DNA of 64,000 nucleotides, taken from positions 18,912,001-18,976,000 of the forward strand of contig CM052832.1 of the NCBI GenBank assembly GCA_028534125.1. The letters are read 5' to 3'. How positions within the stretch are numbered: the stretch's first letter is position 1; each line of letters opens with the position of its first letter. Origin of the DNA: Lama glama (lineage: Eukaryota). A program made the position numbers and the translations under genes. A model generated the notes under the pieces. The model ran no database searches. It was not told the DNA's origin and saw only the letters and a program-made list of their open reading frames with translations. Positions 13,639 through 26,831 of this stretch are shown here, one piece after another.

Positions 13639-14107
13639 TGTGGTGAGTTGATTGGTTGCCCCACCCTCTGAAGATATGTTTACCTAGAACCTCTAAATGT
13701 GACTTTATTTGAGAAAAGGGTCTCTGAAGATACAATGAAGTTAAGAATTTTAAGATGAAATTATCCAATTATCCAGGTAGACTCAACCTTAAATCCAATG
13801 GCAAGTGTTTTTATAAGAACAGAGAAAGACACAGACAAGAAGAGGAGAAACAGAAGAAGGTGATATAAAGATGGAGGCAGAGACCAAAGTGACAAATTTA
13901 CGAGCCAAGGAACTCCCAGGGTTGCCAGTACTGAAGCTAGGAAAGAGGCAAGAGCAGATCCTCCTTTAGAGCCCCCAGAAGGAACCAATCCTGCTGACAC
14001 CTTGATTTGGGACTTCTGGCGTCTAGAACTGTGAGAGGATACATTTGTGTTGTTCTAAGCCACCCAGTTTGTCGTGCTTGGTTATGGCAACCCTTGGAAA
14101 CTCATCA
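13639..14107 (+). mobile_element. MaLR solo LTR (MLT1B/C-like)
   Basis: TGTGG...TAAATCCAATG...GGAACCAATCCTGCTGACACCTTGATTTGGGACTTCTGG...CTAAGCCACCCAGTTTGT. Confidence 0.85.
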
Positions 14108-15529
14108 CCAAGTTTGTAGACACTCTCTGCTCCAATAACTTTAAAAATCCTGCGATCTCGTTTCCCATCAAGTATGATTAAGGAATGACAATCAGGTGAG
14201 GGAACTACTGGGAAAGTCCCCTTCCAACTTCAAGAGTTTCCTGGTTGTGAGGATTAAATTCAGTGCATGCTTAAAGCTTTGAACGAGTGTACAATCTTTC
14301 CTATTACCATTTCTTTTTTAGCATGGTGAGGATTCAGGCTTAGCACTTGCCATCAGCCTCCTCATCTTCAGCTATGACAGTGTTTTTAATGTTTGACCCT
14401 TCCCCATGCCCCTTCGTGCCTCTCCCCTTTTCTTCCATAACCATTGAACTAAGACTCTCTGAAACTTCCCAGAGTGACTCTGAACTTGGCAGAGAAGTAA
14501 TTTTCATCCAGCAAAGGCCAACATCCAAATAGCTCCTGGAATTTTGTACAACAAATTATAACTTAGGACTCAATTCTACCTATTTTGTTTACCATCATGG
14601 CAGCTCTCAGAGGTGGATATTTTCATTACTATTTGATTAGTAAGGGCAGTTTTTCTCCAGGTAGAATCAAAGACCTACCTATGGAGCTTACCATAGGTAC
14701 CATAATTTATTGGCTCATTCATCTATGAGTATTTTCAATATTTTGTTGTAGTTGACGTTTTTGGACACATGATAAAGTTCTTCTTTAAAAAAACTTACAC
14801 TAGAGTAGAAGTAGAGGCGAAGGATACTCACGTTGAAAATTTGCTAGATGCTGTCAAATTTTCCCCTAAAGCTACCAATTTCTACTCCTGTGAGTATTAT
14901 GAGCAGACACCTTTCCCAACATGCTCACCAACTCTGAGTAACATTCATCTTTAAAATTCTGTCCAACTGAAGGGTGAAACAAGACTCAGTCTTGTTTTAA
15001 TTGATGGGAGAAGGGCAGAGGAGAACGTTAGGGGAAATTTTGACTTTTCTCTCTTTATGTCTGTTGGGAGATGCATCTGGATGGCCGGAGTGTCCATTTC
15101 TTTCTGCCAGCCTGAGCTGGCCGGAGCCAGTCTGCAAAGGGGAGGCTTTTGGCCGATGTTAGCATTCTGGGTATGCAGAGGCTCTTCAGAATTGTTTCAG
15201 GGTCTTCCATATGCAGACTTTGACCTTCAGTGTAGATGCAGGCCCTCAATAGGCCGTCCCTTCTCTGCTGCCCATTGGCCATTGTGCAGACAGACCACCT
15301 ATGCCCGGCCCAGGCTGTGGGGAAATGAGAGCTAGAGGGGCGGGAGCGCCATGTGCTCTGTTTCTGCTCTGTGAGCTTTTCTCTAACAGACCTTCTGTTA
15401 TAACCATACTGTGTAGTGCTAGTGCTGTGTGTCTGTGACCCTCTAGCCTGACAACATCTGTAATGTTTTCACCTTATACAAACAGAAACTTCATTTAAGT
15501 GTCACTTTAGTACTTCTTATTTTTCCAGT

Positions 15530-16006
15530 AGTGAGAACAATAATTTATGTTGCTCACGGAGCCTGTGGGTCAGGCATTCCCAGTCGGAGCACAGTGGCAG
15601 GGACAGCTTATCTCTGCTACGTGCTGTCTGGAGCCTCAGCAGGGAGACTGGAGTAGCTGGGGATGGGATCGTTGGAAAGCTCACTCCCTCACATGCCTAG
15701 GATTGATGGAGACTGAGCCCTCAGCTGGAGTTGCCAGACACCTACACATGGCGGTTCCTTCACGTGGTGCAGGCTTCTTCCTAATGCAGTGACTGGCTTC
15801 CAGGGACAGGCCTCCCAGAGAGAGGGCCAGTGGGAGCTGTATTGTTGTAGACCAAGGTTTGGAAGCCACAAAGCATCATTTCTGTCAGATACAAGCTGGG
15901 GGGTGGGTGGGACACAGACCTGAGATCTCAGTGAGAGGAATGTCAGTCACATTGTAAGAACAGCCTGTGCGATGATGTGGCCATCTTGGAAAATATAATC
16001 TGCCAC
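15530..16006 (-). mobile_element. Older MaLR LTR (MLT1G/H-like)
   Basis: ttgctcacggagcctgtgggtcagg...ggccatcttggaaaatataatctgccac. Confidence 0.65.
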
Positions 16007-17704
16007 TTTCCCTAACTCCTAGGAACTTGTTCTTCTAATTTCCAAAATGGAAGCTACTTGGTCAAGTATTTCCCACCAGAAAAACATAATGTGAGATTGC
16101 AACTGCAGGAATGATAAGAGGATCACACATTTATCTCCCTCAACTAGAGTCTCATTCTAGTAACTATTTAATCATATCTCCTTCATTTAGTTTAGCTGCA
16201 CCAGAAGTAAATATCCTAAGAAAAATGATTTCCCTTATATTTATTAGGACCTTCAAAATCACTGACCCTAAATCTGACCACACACAAAGTTAGTATATTC
16301 CTCTTAATGCTTTCTTGGTACTTAGGATGGTCACCAGGAAGTTGAGTGGCTAGAAATGTCTCTACTGCAGTGGAGGTGAGGTTTTCTAGGTGTCAGACCT
16401 GGACACGAGACCTGACCGTCTGAACAGGAGAACCACAATTCTTGCAAGTGGTGCTCCTTAAATATTAGTGAACGTCATGTATTCTTCATTGAGTTTAGTT
16501 CTGGAAGGATTGTATCAGATCCTTTTTTCTCACAACTTTACAATGAATTTCTAATCCTGGAAATTATATTTATGCTTATTCAATGTTGACCCTTTTTAAA
16601 TGAAAAATGCTGCCTCTCCATGTTTACATAAGAACTTCAGTTCTACGTAGTTTAGAAACTAGAAATGGAACCGGCCTCAGAAGGAAAGAAGATAATACCC
16701 AGAGCCAGCATAAGTGGGGAGCAGGGATAAATTCTCAGGCTGGAGAAACCCTGCTCTTATATTCACATGCCAGATGGTGCCTGGCCCTGTGCAGATCAGG
16801 ATGTCGTGTCAAGAAACTGTGCTCTTGAAGGGGAGGAGGGGAGGAACCCAAACAACTGGCCACAAACTTCTGCTTTTGAGGCTGCAGTTCTGCAACTTAA
16901 GAAAAATGAATTGTTTTCCACCCCATAACTTCTCCCTCACTTCATCAGTAGCAGGGTAGGGCTGTATCATCATTTTCCTTTAATTCACTGCCTAACTTCA
17001 TTCCCCAACATACACGATCCAGCCAATCCTGGGTTGACTACAGCCATCTGCACAGGGTGTGGGGAGCAAGTAGAGGTTGGGATGGTAGAGTTCAGCTTCA
17101 CGGCAGCCAGGTGTCACAACAGAGAAAGAGAACATGCGTCTGTCCTCATCCAATCCAGTTTCAGTCTACGCATCGCAGGAAGAGGACACTGGTGCTTTAT
17201 TAGGAGAGAAACTGAATCAGGTAATGTGCTTTATTGACATTGGATTGTTTGGAAAATAGTAGTATGAAGCCATTTAGCCTTTAAGTATTAACTTTTTAAT
17301 CCACAAGTTAACTTTTTAAAGTGTGGCTCAAAATGAATGATTACTGATTACCTGATATTAGTATAGTCAAATCCTGCTTTTTTTGTTGAATGTATAGTAT
17401 ATTTTTTTCTAACCTTTTACTTTCCACCTTCCTAGGTCATATCTGAAATGAACTGATTATAGATAGCATATTGTTGGATCATGGTTTTTCATTCCCTTTG
17501 CAAATTTCTGTCTTGGATTTGCTGTATTTAGACTACTTACGTTTAAGGTAATTGCTGATATATCAGTGCTTATATCTCACATTCTGTTTTTTGTTTTGTC
17601 TGTTTTCTGTTTCTTGTGCCTTGGCTCCTCTCTTTGTGCCTTCCTTTATGTTGCTTGAACATATTTTAAGATTCCGTCCTGCTTGGAACTGGGAGCTGTT
17701 GAGT

Positions 17705-18280
17705 AATTTTTTTTTTTTACCGTGGTAAAAAAATGCATAACATAAAATTCACAATCTTAACCATTTTTAAGTGTACATTCAGTGTCATTAAATACATGTA
17801 CAACGTTGTGCAACAATGACCACTTTTCCAGAACTTTTTCATCATCCCAAATGGAAACTATGTATTCATTAATCAATACCTTTTTCATGGGCTCAAATAG
17901 AAACTATGTACGCATTAAGCAGTAACGCCCTGCCTGCCTCCAGCCCTTGGTAATTCTATTCTATGGTATCTCACCTAAGTGGAATTGTACAATATGTGTC
18001 CTTTTGTGTCTGGCTTATTACACTTAGCATGTTTTCAAGTTACATTCACATTGTAGCATGTATCAGAATTTCGTTCCTTTTTAATGGTTGAATAATATTC
18101 CATTGTGTATATAACACATTCTGTTTATCAGCTCATCTGTTGATGGACACTTGGATAATTTCCACCTTTTGGCTGTTGTGACTAATGATGCTAAGAATAT
18201 TGGTTTACAAGTATCTGTTTGAGTCCCTGCTTTAAATTATTTTGGTTACGTATCTATGAGTGGAGATGCTAGATCATCTT
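17705..18280 (-). mobile_element. L1MB-type 3' end relic
   Basis: cataacataaaattcacaatcttaaccatttttaagtgtaca...ctgttgatggacacttggataatttccaccttttggct. Confidence 0.8.
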
Positions 18281-19329
18281 GAATAATTTTCCGAACACAA
18301 GAAGTTTTCCAAATATTCTATGACAGCAAAGAAACTGATTTTCCCAGAACTCAGAAAGGACAGATAGAGACAGTGGTACATAATGCCATAGAGGACTTAC
18401 TCCTTGAATTCTCCTTTATAGCATGATGTCAAGGAATTCCTCAAAGTTCTTAGTTTCTACTGTTATCATCTCCTGAGCCTTTCAGCAGTGTGGGTGGTGA
18501 GGGGAAGGTGTTCTTGGGACTAGCAACACCTGAGGATTCTGTTTATGCTATTTGGTGGCTCAGGATCTGATTGGAGGAAGGCAAAGTTTTTCAGGAAAAC
18601 TTTTTCAGGACATGATTTGGAGAAGGCTTATAAATTCCATAAAATTAGAGTTTATGGAATCAAGACTTAGAAAGAATTCAGTTTCATTAACATAGAAACT
18701 GGGTTTCTCTTACCAAAGGTGCCACTAACTGGGCACGTAACCTTAGAAAAATGACTTAACCTTATTCAGCCTGGTGTGGGAGGGTTGAACTGGATAATAT
18801 GGAGTCTCTTTCACCCCTAAGCATCTATGATTTTAAAATTTTCATGAATTTATTTTTTCCCTAGATCAAATTTTTGTTTGTACAGAGCCTTGATTGTAGG
18901 TCCAGGCGTGGTTGATTTATGGAATGAGATAATGTTAAATCCCAGAAGCTCTTGTTTGCATCTGTCCTGCCACATATTTACTTAGCTAAATATACGTACT
19001 CTGAGTTAATCTGACAGATTTACTCCTCAGGGCATGACTTTTACTCCTGCTGAGCATTACTGGATATTGTCGCCCTGTAGATCCTGCTGTATTTTATGTT
19101 ATAAAACTTCAGAATAACAATGATTCTCTTAAAACCCATTCACTCTCCTTAACCGTCTTCCACAAATATCCTCACTCTTCACAAACATCCGGCTCTTTCT
19201 ATCAACCTTCCTCTGGTTTTGATTAAATTTCCTCTAGAAATTATAGTAATATAGATTTAGAAGCGACTTGGCCCTCATTTCCCTCTGAGCACTGTCTTAA
19301 GTGTCGCTCTTTGTTATTTTTATAGCATT

Positions 19330-20700
19330 CAGTGTATCCATTCATTCCTTCCCAATGCTGCACCGTGCTAGGTGTGGGGGATATGGTGATGAACAAGACA
19401 GGCTGTCCCCTGCTTTAATTTAGCTTAATTTCTAGGGACAAAGACAGACATTGAATAAGTAATAATAAGTGTGCCAGATGTTAAGGAGGAGACATGCAAA
19501 GTGCTACGTGCAATAGGATTTTTTTTAATTGAAATATAGTCAGTTACAATAGGACCTTATATTGGGATTTAAGCAAATCTGTGGATATCAGATATTTCTA
19601 GAAGAAATGGCATTTACATTGAAATCTGAGTAGTGAGTTGGAGTCAGTCAGGCAAAGATGGGGAGGGAGAATGTTCAAGCAGAAGGAAAAGCTAAAGTGA
19701 GAAAGTCCATGGAACATTAGAAAAAGTATATGGTCACACTGGCCAGAGTGGAGAGAGGGATGAAAAAGATTGGTAGGAGATGAGGCTGGAGAGGAAGGGA
19801 CAGGTCTGATCAGGATGAACGTTATAAGCTGTCCGAAAGACTTTGGACTTCATCTTCAAGGCAGTTGGAAATTATTAAGTGTTTAAGGCAGGAAAGAGGG
19901 TCAAATCTGACATTTACAAAGCTCATTTGGCTGTAACGTAGCAAGTGGGTTGGAGGCAGGTTGGCAAGAGGAGAGGCAGAAAGCTAAGGATGTTCCTGCT
20001 GCAGTTGGATGAGAATGATGTGGGCTTGGACCTGGGCCCTCTATTCACTTGGAGGTGACCGGGTTTGGTGTTTTTGTAGAAGCTGGGGGAGAAGGGAGGA
20101 CAAAGGGTCCAGAATGGTTCTGTGAAGACCAAAAGGAGAGTTTCCAAAAGGAGAACCCTGTCAACCAGAGCTGAGATGTCCAGTAAAGGGGTGACTAAAA
20201 AGCATTGTTTGAATTTTGTGATGTTGAACATACTGCTGAGCCTAGGGAGAACACTTCTGGTGGAAAGAAGAGGGTAAAATTCATATGGAGTGGCTTGATT
20301 GGGCAATGGCAAGTAAAAAGAAAGGAAGAAGAAAGACAGGAAGTGAACACTCCTCTTCACTGGTTTGGAAGAGAAAGGATCATTGCTGGGAGACAATAGT
20401 GAGTTAAGAATGGTAGTTCTTAGAATGGGAGAGGCTTGCATATATTTAAATGCTAAAATGATGTAGCATGTAGAGGGGAGAGTGGAGAGAAAGGGACAAA
20501 GCATAAGGTTCCAGAGACAACAGATTGGAGGAGAATTTCTGGAACCAAGGTGGAGGAATCGGTCACTTGTCACACTTTGCCAACATTTTCCAACCAGATA
20601 TCTGTCTCCTTCACTAGGCTGTGAACTTCTGAAAATCAGGGACTGTACCTTCTTTGATTTTATATCATCAGCACGTACTTTAGGGCTTAACACCGAAAGG
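19330..20700. mobile_element. L2 relic
   Basis: cattcattc...gtgctaggtgtgggggatatggtgatgaacaagaca, then purine-rich L2-like text (gttgaacatactg, gagatgaggctggaga). Confidence 0.65.
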
Positions 20701-23255
20701 TGCCCTGTGGGGGTTTAGCTGCACTGATGGATCATTTGTGGCAGGAAGGGCAGTTTCCCTTAGGAATATAGGCTAAATGCCTTGACACTTGGAGGATTGG
20801 GATCAACCTGCGAGTGGGTTTCTGGAATAGATTTTAAAAATGAGTGAGAGCTGTGGAATGGCAAAGTTGTCTGACCAGCTGTGTAGCTACTAACTTGGGT
20901 TTGTGCCTGATGGAAAGGCAATGGCTGAAATTAGTCAAGGGAAGATAAAGAGCAACCTATAAATGTATAGGTCAAGAAGAGCTAAAAAATAACTCCCTCC
21001 CTTTTGGTTTTCTCCTTGGTCCAGAAAGGAAGATGAACAATCCAACAACACTTCACAGGAAAAGAAACAAGGCTCACTCCTCTTGAGTCCTGTTTTCATC
21101 AGCTCAGATGCAGCTATCCGCCCAGGCCATGAACAGAACAGCAGAGAGCTGACCTCTCATGTTTCTCCATCCAGTTGCTCTAACATCTTGTACAAATATG
21201 GGAGTGAAACGGATTCAAGTGAAACAATTACATTAGAACGTTTCTTCTGTGCTGGCAGAGGGTGCCATTATGCTTGATTAGCAAAGGCTATCCCTGTATT
21301 ATTTTCCTGAAATTTCAAAATCATTCAGAAATGTTTGATATGTGCATGGCATCCTCCTAGGAAGGAGAAAAGGAGACAAAAGTGGTCTTCCAGTATTTGC
21401 AGGAAGGGAAAAATGGAAGCAGGATTCAAAGGACATGGGTATTTGGTTGCAGAAGCAAACTTCTAAATAAGGAAATATGCTAAGGACCTGTTTGTTGTAC
21501 CAATATTTATTAAACATGTACTGTGTGCCTCTGGTCTAGGCCCTTCTTTCCAGATATTGGCAATAAAAAGAAGATGCTGCTTGTCTTTCAGAGCTCATAA
21601 TTTAGAACGCCCAGTCTTAGAATGAATTCAATTTCACTAATGCTGTTCAGGGAGAGGGTTCTCTGGATTCTAGCAAGTGGGGCGTACACATATAGACCTA
21701 CTTGCGCATGGGCAGAAAGGATGATTTTATTAGTACAGTAGCCTATAAATCCCAGGGCAGACTTCTTTGATGAAAGCCAGATTGTAGAACATGGCTGAAG
21801 ACAAAGGCTTTCGGAGGGTCCTCAGTCTTACAGCCTGGATTTCTGTTGAGGGAGTGACATGTTCCAGTGTGCCTGCTGAGATATGATGGGGCTTGCAGAG
21901 GAGACCTTGGGTCCAACCTGTAGCCTAAAAAAGAACCCCAGCCATCCCCCTTCACTGTGCCCACTCTTCAGTGGTCCTGGCCACTCATGAACTTGACCTG
22001 GTCAATGCCAGTGTCTGGCCATTCAGTTTAGTCTTCATCCCTTCTCCCGTATGCCGTGGGAACACAAGGAGGAGTGTTTTTCCCTATCCTGATAGGAGAG
22101 GGAGAAGCCTGTGAGATATCCCTGGCTCCTCCCAGCAAATCCCTCTTCTTACTTGAGGAGGTTTTGCTCTCTGGAAACAAATGAGTGAGACAGACAGTCT
22201 CTATAATAAGATCAGTGAGGCCAGGGAGACTGGGAAGTAGTAACATTTAAGGTCAGGCAGAAGAGAAGGAGAAAAATAAAACAAAGCAACCAGAACTAGA
22301 ACAGAACAAAGAGCGGAGGGCTCTGGAGACCCAGGAGAGAATATGTTACACTCTCAGATTTCTAGAAGGTAGGAAAGATTCAAGAAGGAGGTAGGCAGCT
22401 GTACCGGGGGGTAATAGCAAGGTCAAGGTAATAATGAGGTAAGGGCTGACCAATAGTCATCCCCCTTCACAGGGTGGAGGCTACTGATGGCCTTTGAGCC
22501 AATGGATTGGTAGGAGAAGCCAGGTGCCAGAGGGGGAAGAATACAGGTAGGAAACTCAGAGGAGGAGGAAAGGTAGCAAGAAACTTGATAGATGCGGGGA
22601 GAAGAGAGAGGACAGTTGCTAGAAGACGCCATCATCCCAGGGAGGGTTTTATGGGGACAATGTTTAGAGGCCTAGAGACAAAGGGGATCATGTGGGCAAG
22701 AGTGGGGAGAATCAGATCTTCCCCTGGAGAGGGCTGGAGGACCACTCTGGGGGACGGAGCATTCTGTTACAGGATATTTTCACCCAAGAGTTTGCGGTTG
22801 AGACAATTAGGACACTATGGGATTGATTTTCTGGGAGGCACAGTTGAAAAGTGTATATTCTGAGCCCTTGCATGTCTGAAAAGGTCTTTATTTTATAGTC
22901 TTACTTAATAATTACAATAGGCTATAGAATTCTCGCTCAACATTGTGCAAACATCCTTCTACGTGGTTCCCTGGTATTTAGTTTACAAATGAGAGCACAA
23001 ATGCCAGCAGGGCTCTTTTCCCTTATTAAGTGCTTGACTGGGGGAGGCTTTTGGTGCAGGTAATAGGGTGGAGTGTGGGTGTGGTCTGGAAGCTTGTAGG
23101 ATTTCTTGTAGGATTTTTTTTCATCATTTGTAAATTTCATCAGATTATCTATAGTATGCCTTTTTTCAATACTCCTGCCCCACAATCTTTAGATTCTTTA
23201 AATCTGGAATCAAGTTTATCTTCCACTAAGAAAAAGTTCTATTATTTCCTTAATC

Positions 23256-23707
23256 TTTTTTTTTTATTTTGTTTTTTATTGAAGTGTACTTGATTTATAA
23301 TGTTAGTTTCAGGTGGACAGCAAACCAATTCAGTTTTACATATACATACATATATTTTTTTCAGATCCTTCTACATTATATGTTATTACAAGAAATTAAA
23401 TATAGTTCCTGGTGCTATACAGTAGGTCCTTGTTGTTTCTCTGTTTTATATACAGTAATGTGTATCTGTTAATCCTAAACTCCTAATTTATCCCTCCCCC
23501 ACCCTCTCCTCTTTGGTAACCATAGTTTGTTTTCTATGTCCATTAATCTCTTTTTGGTTGGTAGATAAGATTTGTATTATTTTTTTAGATTCCACATTGT
23601 CTTTCTCTGACTTACTTCACTTAATATGATCATCTCTAGGTCCATCCATGTTGCTGTAAATGGCAGCATTTCCATCATTTTTCATGACTGAGTAATATTC
23701 CATTGTA
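23256..23707 (-). mobile_element. L1 3' end with TSD
   Basis: Poly(T) followed by ttgaagtgtacttgatttataatgttagtttcagg...; TCCTTAATC at 23247 and 23708. Confidence 0.88.
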
Positions 23708-24036
23708 TCCTTAATCATTTGTTCTCTTTTCTCCTTCTGGAATTCCAAGGTGTTTTGTACTTATAGTCCCCTCTAGGTCCAATTTTCTTTGACCTAGAGG
23801 GGACTTTGATCTCCTGACCTCACTCTTCCTTATAGCCCATCCTGGCCCAAACACACCTCTGTCCCTTGTGTTTCCCAAATACCATTCACTTTATATGGGC
23901 ACTTTGTGAAGGCTTAAGGAAGGGGTGATATCACAGCCATCCAGAGAGCACATATTGTTCTTAAAAGTCCCTTGGCCACCCCATCACCAGGGATTTCTCA
24001 CCCACCATCTTTCTCAGCAGGGCCCCTCTCCTGTCC

Positions 24037-24431
24037 TGTTGAGAGGTTGTTGGTTCACAAACTGGTCCCATACAGGGAGGACAGGGAGAGACCAAAGAAA
24101 AAGGCAGACCACTCTGAATTAGTAGGTGGCAGGTTTAATAAGGAAGGAAACTTACATAGGAGTCTTGCCTTGGGTGACTGCAAAATGAGTAGACCTCCAC
24201 ACCTGCCCACCAGAATCTTAAAGTCTATGTGGAGGCTTTCACTGATTTCAGTCACATATTCAGTTCCGATGGTCTCAACACCCTACTGTCTCAAGGCTAC
24301 GTCCTTGGCGTAGCTCCCACTATAGGAACAGTGGGCAAATGTACATTCCAAGGATGGGGAGGGGATGAGGAGCCTCCCATTGGCCAGATCCAGCTCAATC
24401 AGTGATCAGGTCCTCTTGATGACTTCCAACA
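24037..24431 (-). mobile_element. ERV-type solo LTR, family not identified
   Basis: TGTTG...CAACA inverted termini, about 395 nt, with ATTAAA on the minus strand near 24135. Confidence 0.6.
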
Positions 24432-26803
24432 CAGCCCTGTCTCTCTTCTGATCTTCCACTTCCAGCCTGTTTGTGCTAACTCCGGTAGCTCCTTCTCCTG
24501 CATTCTAAGAGTTTCCTTTGTTTTTCTGTCAACGCTTAAGTAAGTCAAAAAGGTATTGCTAAACCTGTTCTCTCCTCAAGAGAAGTCAGTAGATTGGATT
24601 TGGGTTCCTGCCATTAAAATGGCCAATTTTATAGTTTGATACACTAATGAAAAAAATGGAAGTTCTTTCTTGTTTTATGAAATCCATCTTGGGGAAGGTT
24701 ATCTTTGCTCTGATTGCTCAACTTGTTTTGTTTTGTTTTAGTTTTCCCCAACGGCTGATTTTTCTCCATCCTCTTTGATTTCTCTAATTTTTAAACAGAG
24801 GTCTGGGTCCCTCTGGCAGTTAATGTTATTCCCTCAGCAATTGTTCAGTTCCTTTTCGTGGTCTCCTGCTTCCTTTCCCTCCCTTAGGCTTGTATAGAAT
24901 TTATTAAACATGTAATAAATATGCAGCTACACAACCTCCAGCAATAAAATATAGACTCTAAAGGGCGCTGTTCAGACATGAACTAACTTGTGCTCCTCTC
25001 TCAGATGTGTGCATCACTGTTGGCCAGGAGTAAATAACAGACTCCTGATTGTCTAGTCTTCTTTGTTTACCTGGTTTAGGTTTGTTTTGCTGATGCATCC
25101 ATTCCTTATAGGATACCTTTGGGTGCCAGTTCACTTGGGTTGTCTGTATGCTTGTATTTGGGCTGATAAATCAATTACAAAACTTCATGGTTGCTTAGCG
25201 TGCAACTGGCAATGTCTGGCTGACTAATCACTCTCTAAAAAACACTGCAAAATTATCTAGTACCAAAAGCTGTGCTATCACAACAGGAACTCTCGCATTT
25301 GCTACTGGGAGCATAAGTTGGTACAACCTCATCAGAAAATTGGTTGACAGTGTCTACCGAAGTTAATGTTTATGTACCATTTGACTCAGAAACACAACTC
25401 TGGAGATGCTTATGTCCACCAAAAGTTATGCACAAGAATGTTTATAGCACATTTAATCAAATATCCAAAACAAGAAAAAAAATCCAAATATATAACAATA
25501 GTAGGATAAAGAAAATGTAGTGTGTTTACACGATAAAATACTACACAGCAATGAAAAGGAACACATCGCTGCTATGTGAAACAATATGGGTAAATCCCAC
25601 AGTCATGATAGTGGGAGCAAAAGCCAAATATATAACTACATGATTCTTTTTATATAAAATTCAAGAGTAGGCATAACTAACCCATGGTGATAGAGTTTAG
25701 AAGGGTGGCTCCTGTTTGAGTGGGTATTGCCTGGGAGGGAATTTTCTGGAGTACTAGGAATGTTCTGTACCTTGACATGGAGGTGTTACGTGAGTATATA
25801 CCTATGTACATTCAAGATTAGTGCACCTTACTTACTCTAAGCTATGCCTCAATTGAAAAAATATCATGTGATGTCTTCTAGAACTAGAGAAAGAAGACTT
25901 TGCAAGACCTTCTTGATTTGGGGAGGAAAAGAATACTTTCAGGGCCAGTTGTTAACTAGAAGAATTGCCTCATGTAGAAGCCCTTTCTCCCTTTATCCTA
26001 TTAACAGACATTTCTCCAACTAGAACAGGTGTGGTTAAAACTGGCCTCTTGGACTTTACTGGGAATTTGTCATTGAGTTTGCTTATACATCACGTTAGCA
26101 CCATGGTGAATACTAGTCCCAAGTCACATTCCCTGCACTCCAGAAGTATACAATCTGATAGATAAGACCAACACAAATAAAATATTGAGAGAACTTTGTA
26201 TTACTTTTTCTAAAGTGCAAATTGTGAGGTGCAGAATTCACTGGGAATTCAGAAGAAAGAAAAATCAGTAAGAAATGAAGTGAATGACTTTCATGCAGGA
26301 GGAAGGACTTGATATGAGTTTTGAAAACTAGATGGGCAGACAAAACATCAGAGAGTCCTTCCCTTTATGGTGCCTGTTTAAAGAACCTCAGAAAACCTGT
26401 TTGCTAGGGCTGGAATATTGAGCAGCCAAAAGACAGCATATTTGTCAAATAAGAGGCAATAAACCAAGAAAAGGACCACGGACTTCTCAGGAGATCCAGG
26501 CTCGGACCCTGAACTGATACAGGTTAGGGCCCTAGGAGCTGGGAAGACAGAAATTCAGAAGAGTGTAGGAATCAGGAACAAACTGTGGTTGGAACTAGAC
26601 TCGACACCCAAAGGAGAGAGATTCTTCAGAAGTCCGATCTTTTCTAATAAAGAGATTATTCTTATGGCATTAAAAAAAATCAGTGTGTGTATATGTATGT
26701 GACAGGCTGACTCAGTTTCAGAAGAGTACGGAGAGGTTGAGGGGAGCCAGATATTAATTCCTTTTTAATGCTTTTCCTCTTTCTCCCCATTCGTGGGTCT
26801 ACA

Positions 26804-26831
26804 ACACACACACACACACACACACACACAC
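26804..26831 (+). repeat. (AC)14 microsatellite
   Basis: Perfect dinucleotide run. Confidence 0.95.

Noticed and set aside
19923..20693. 256-aa ORF, the longest real-sequence ORF in the window
   Set aside because: It lies in an L2 relic, has low-complexity Leu/Ser/Phe composition, and shows no recognisable domain or splice context.
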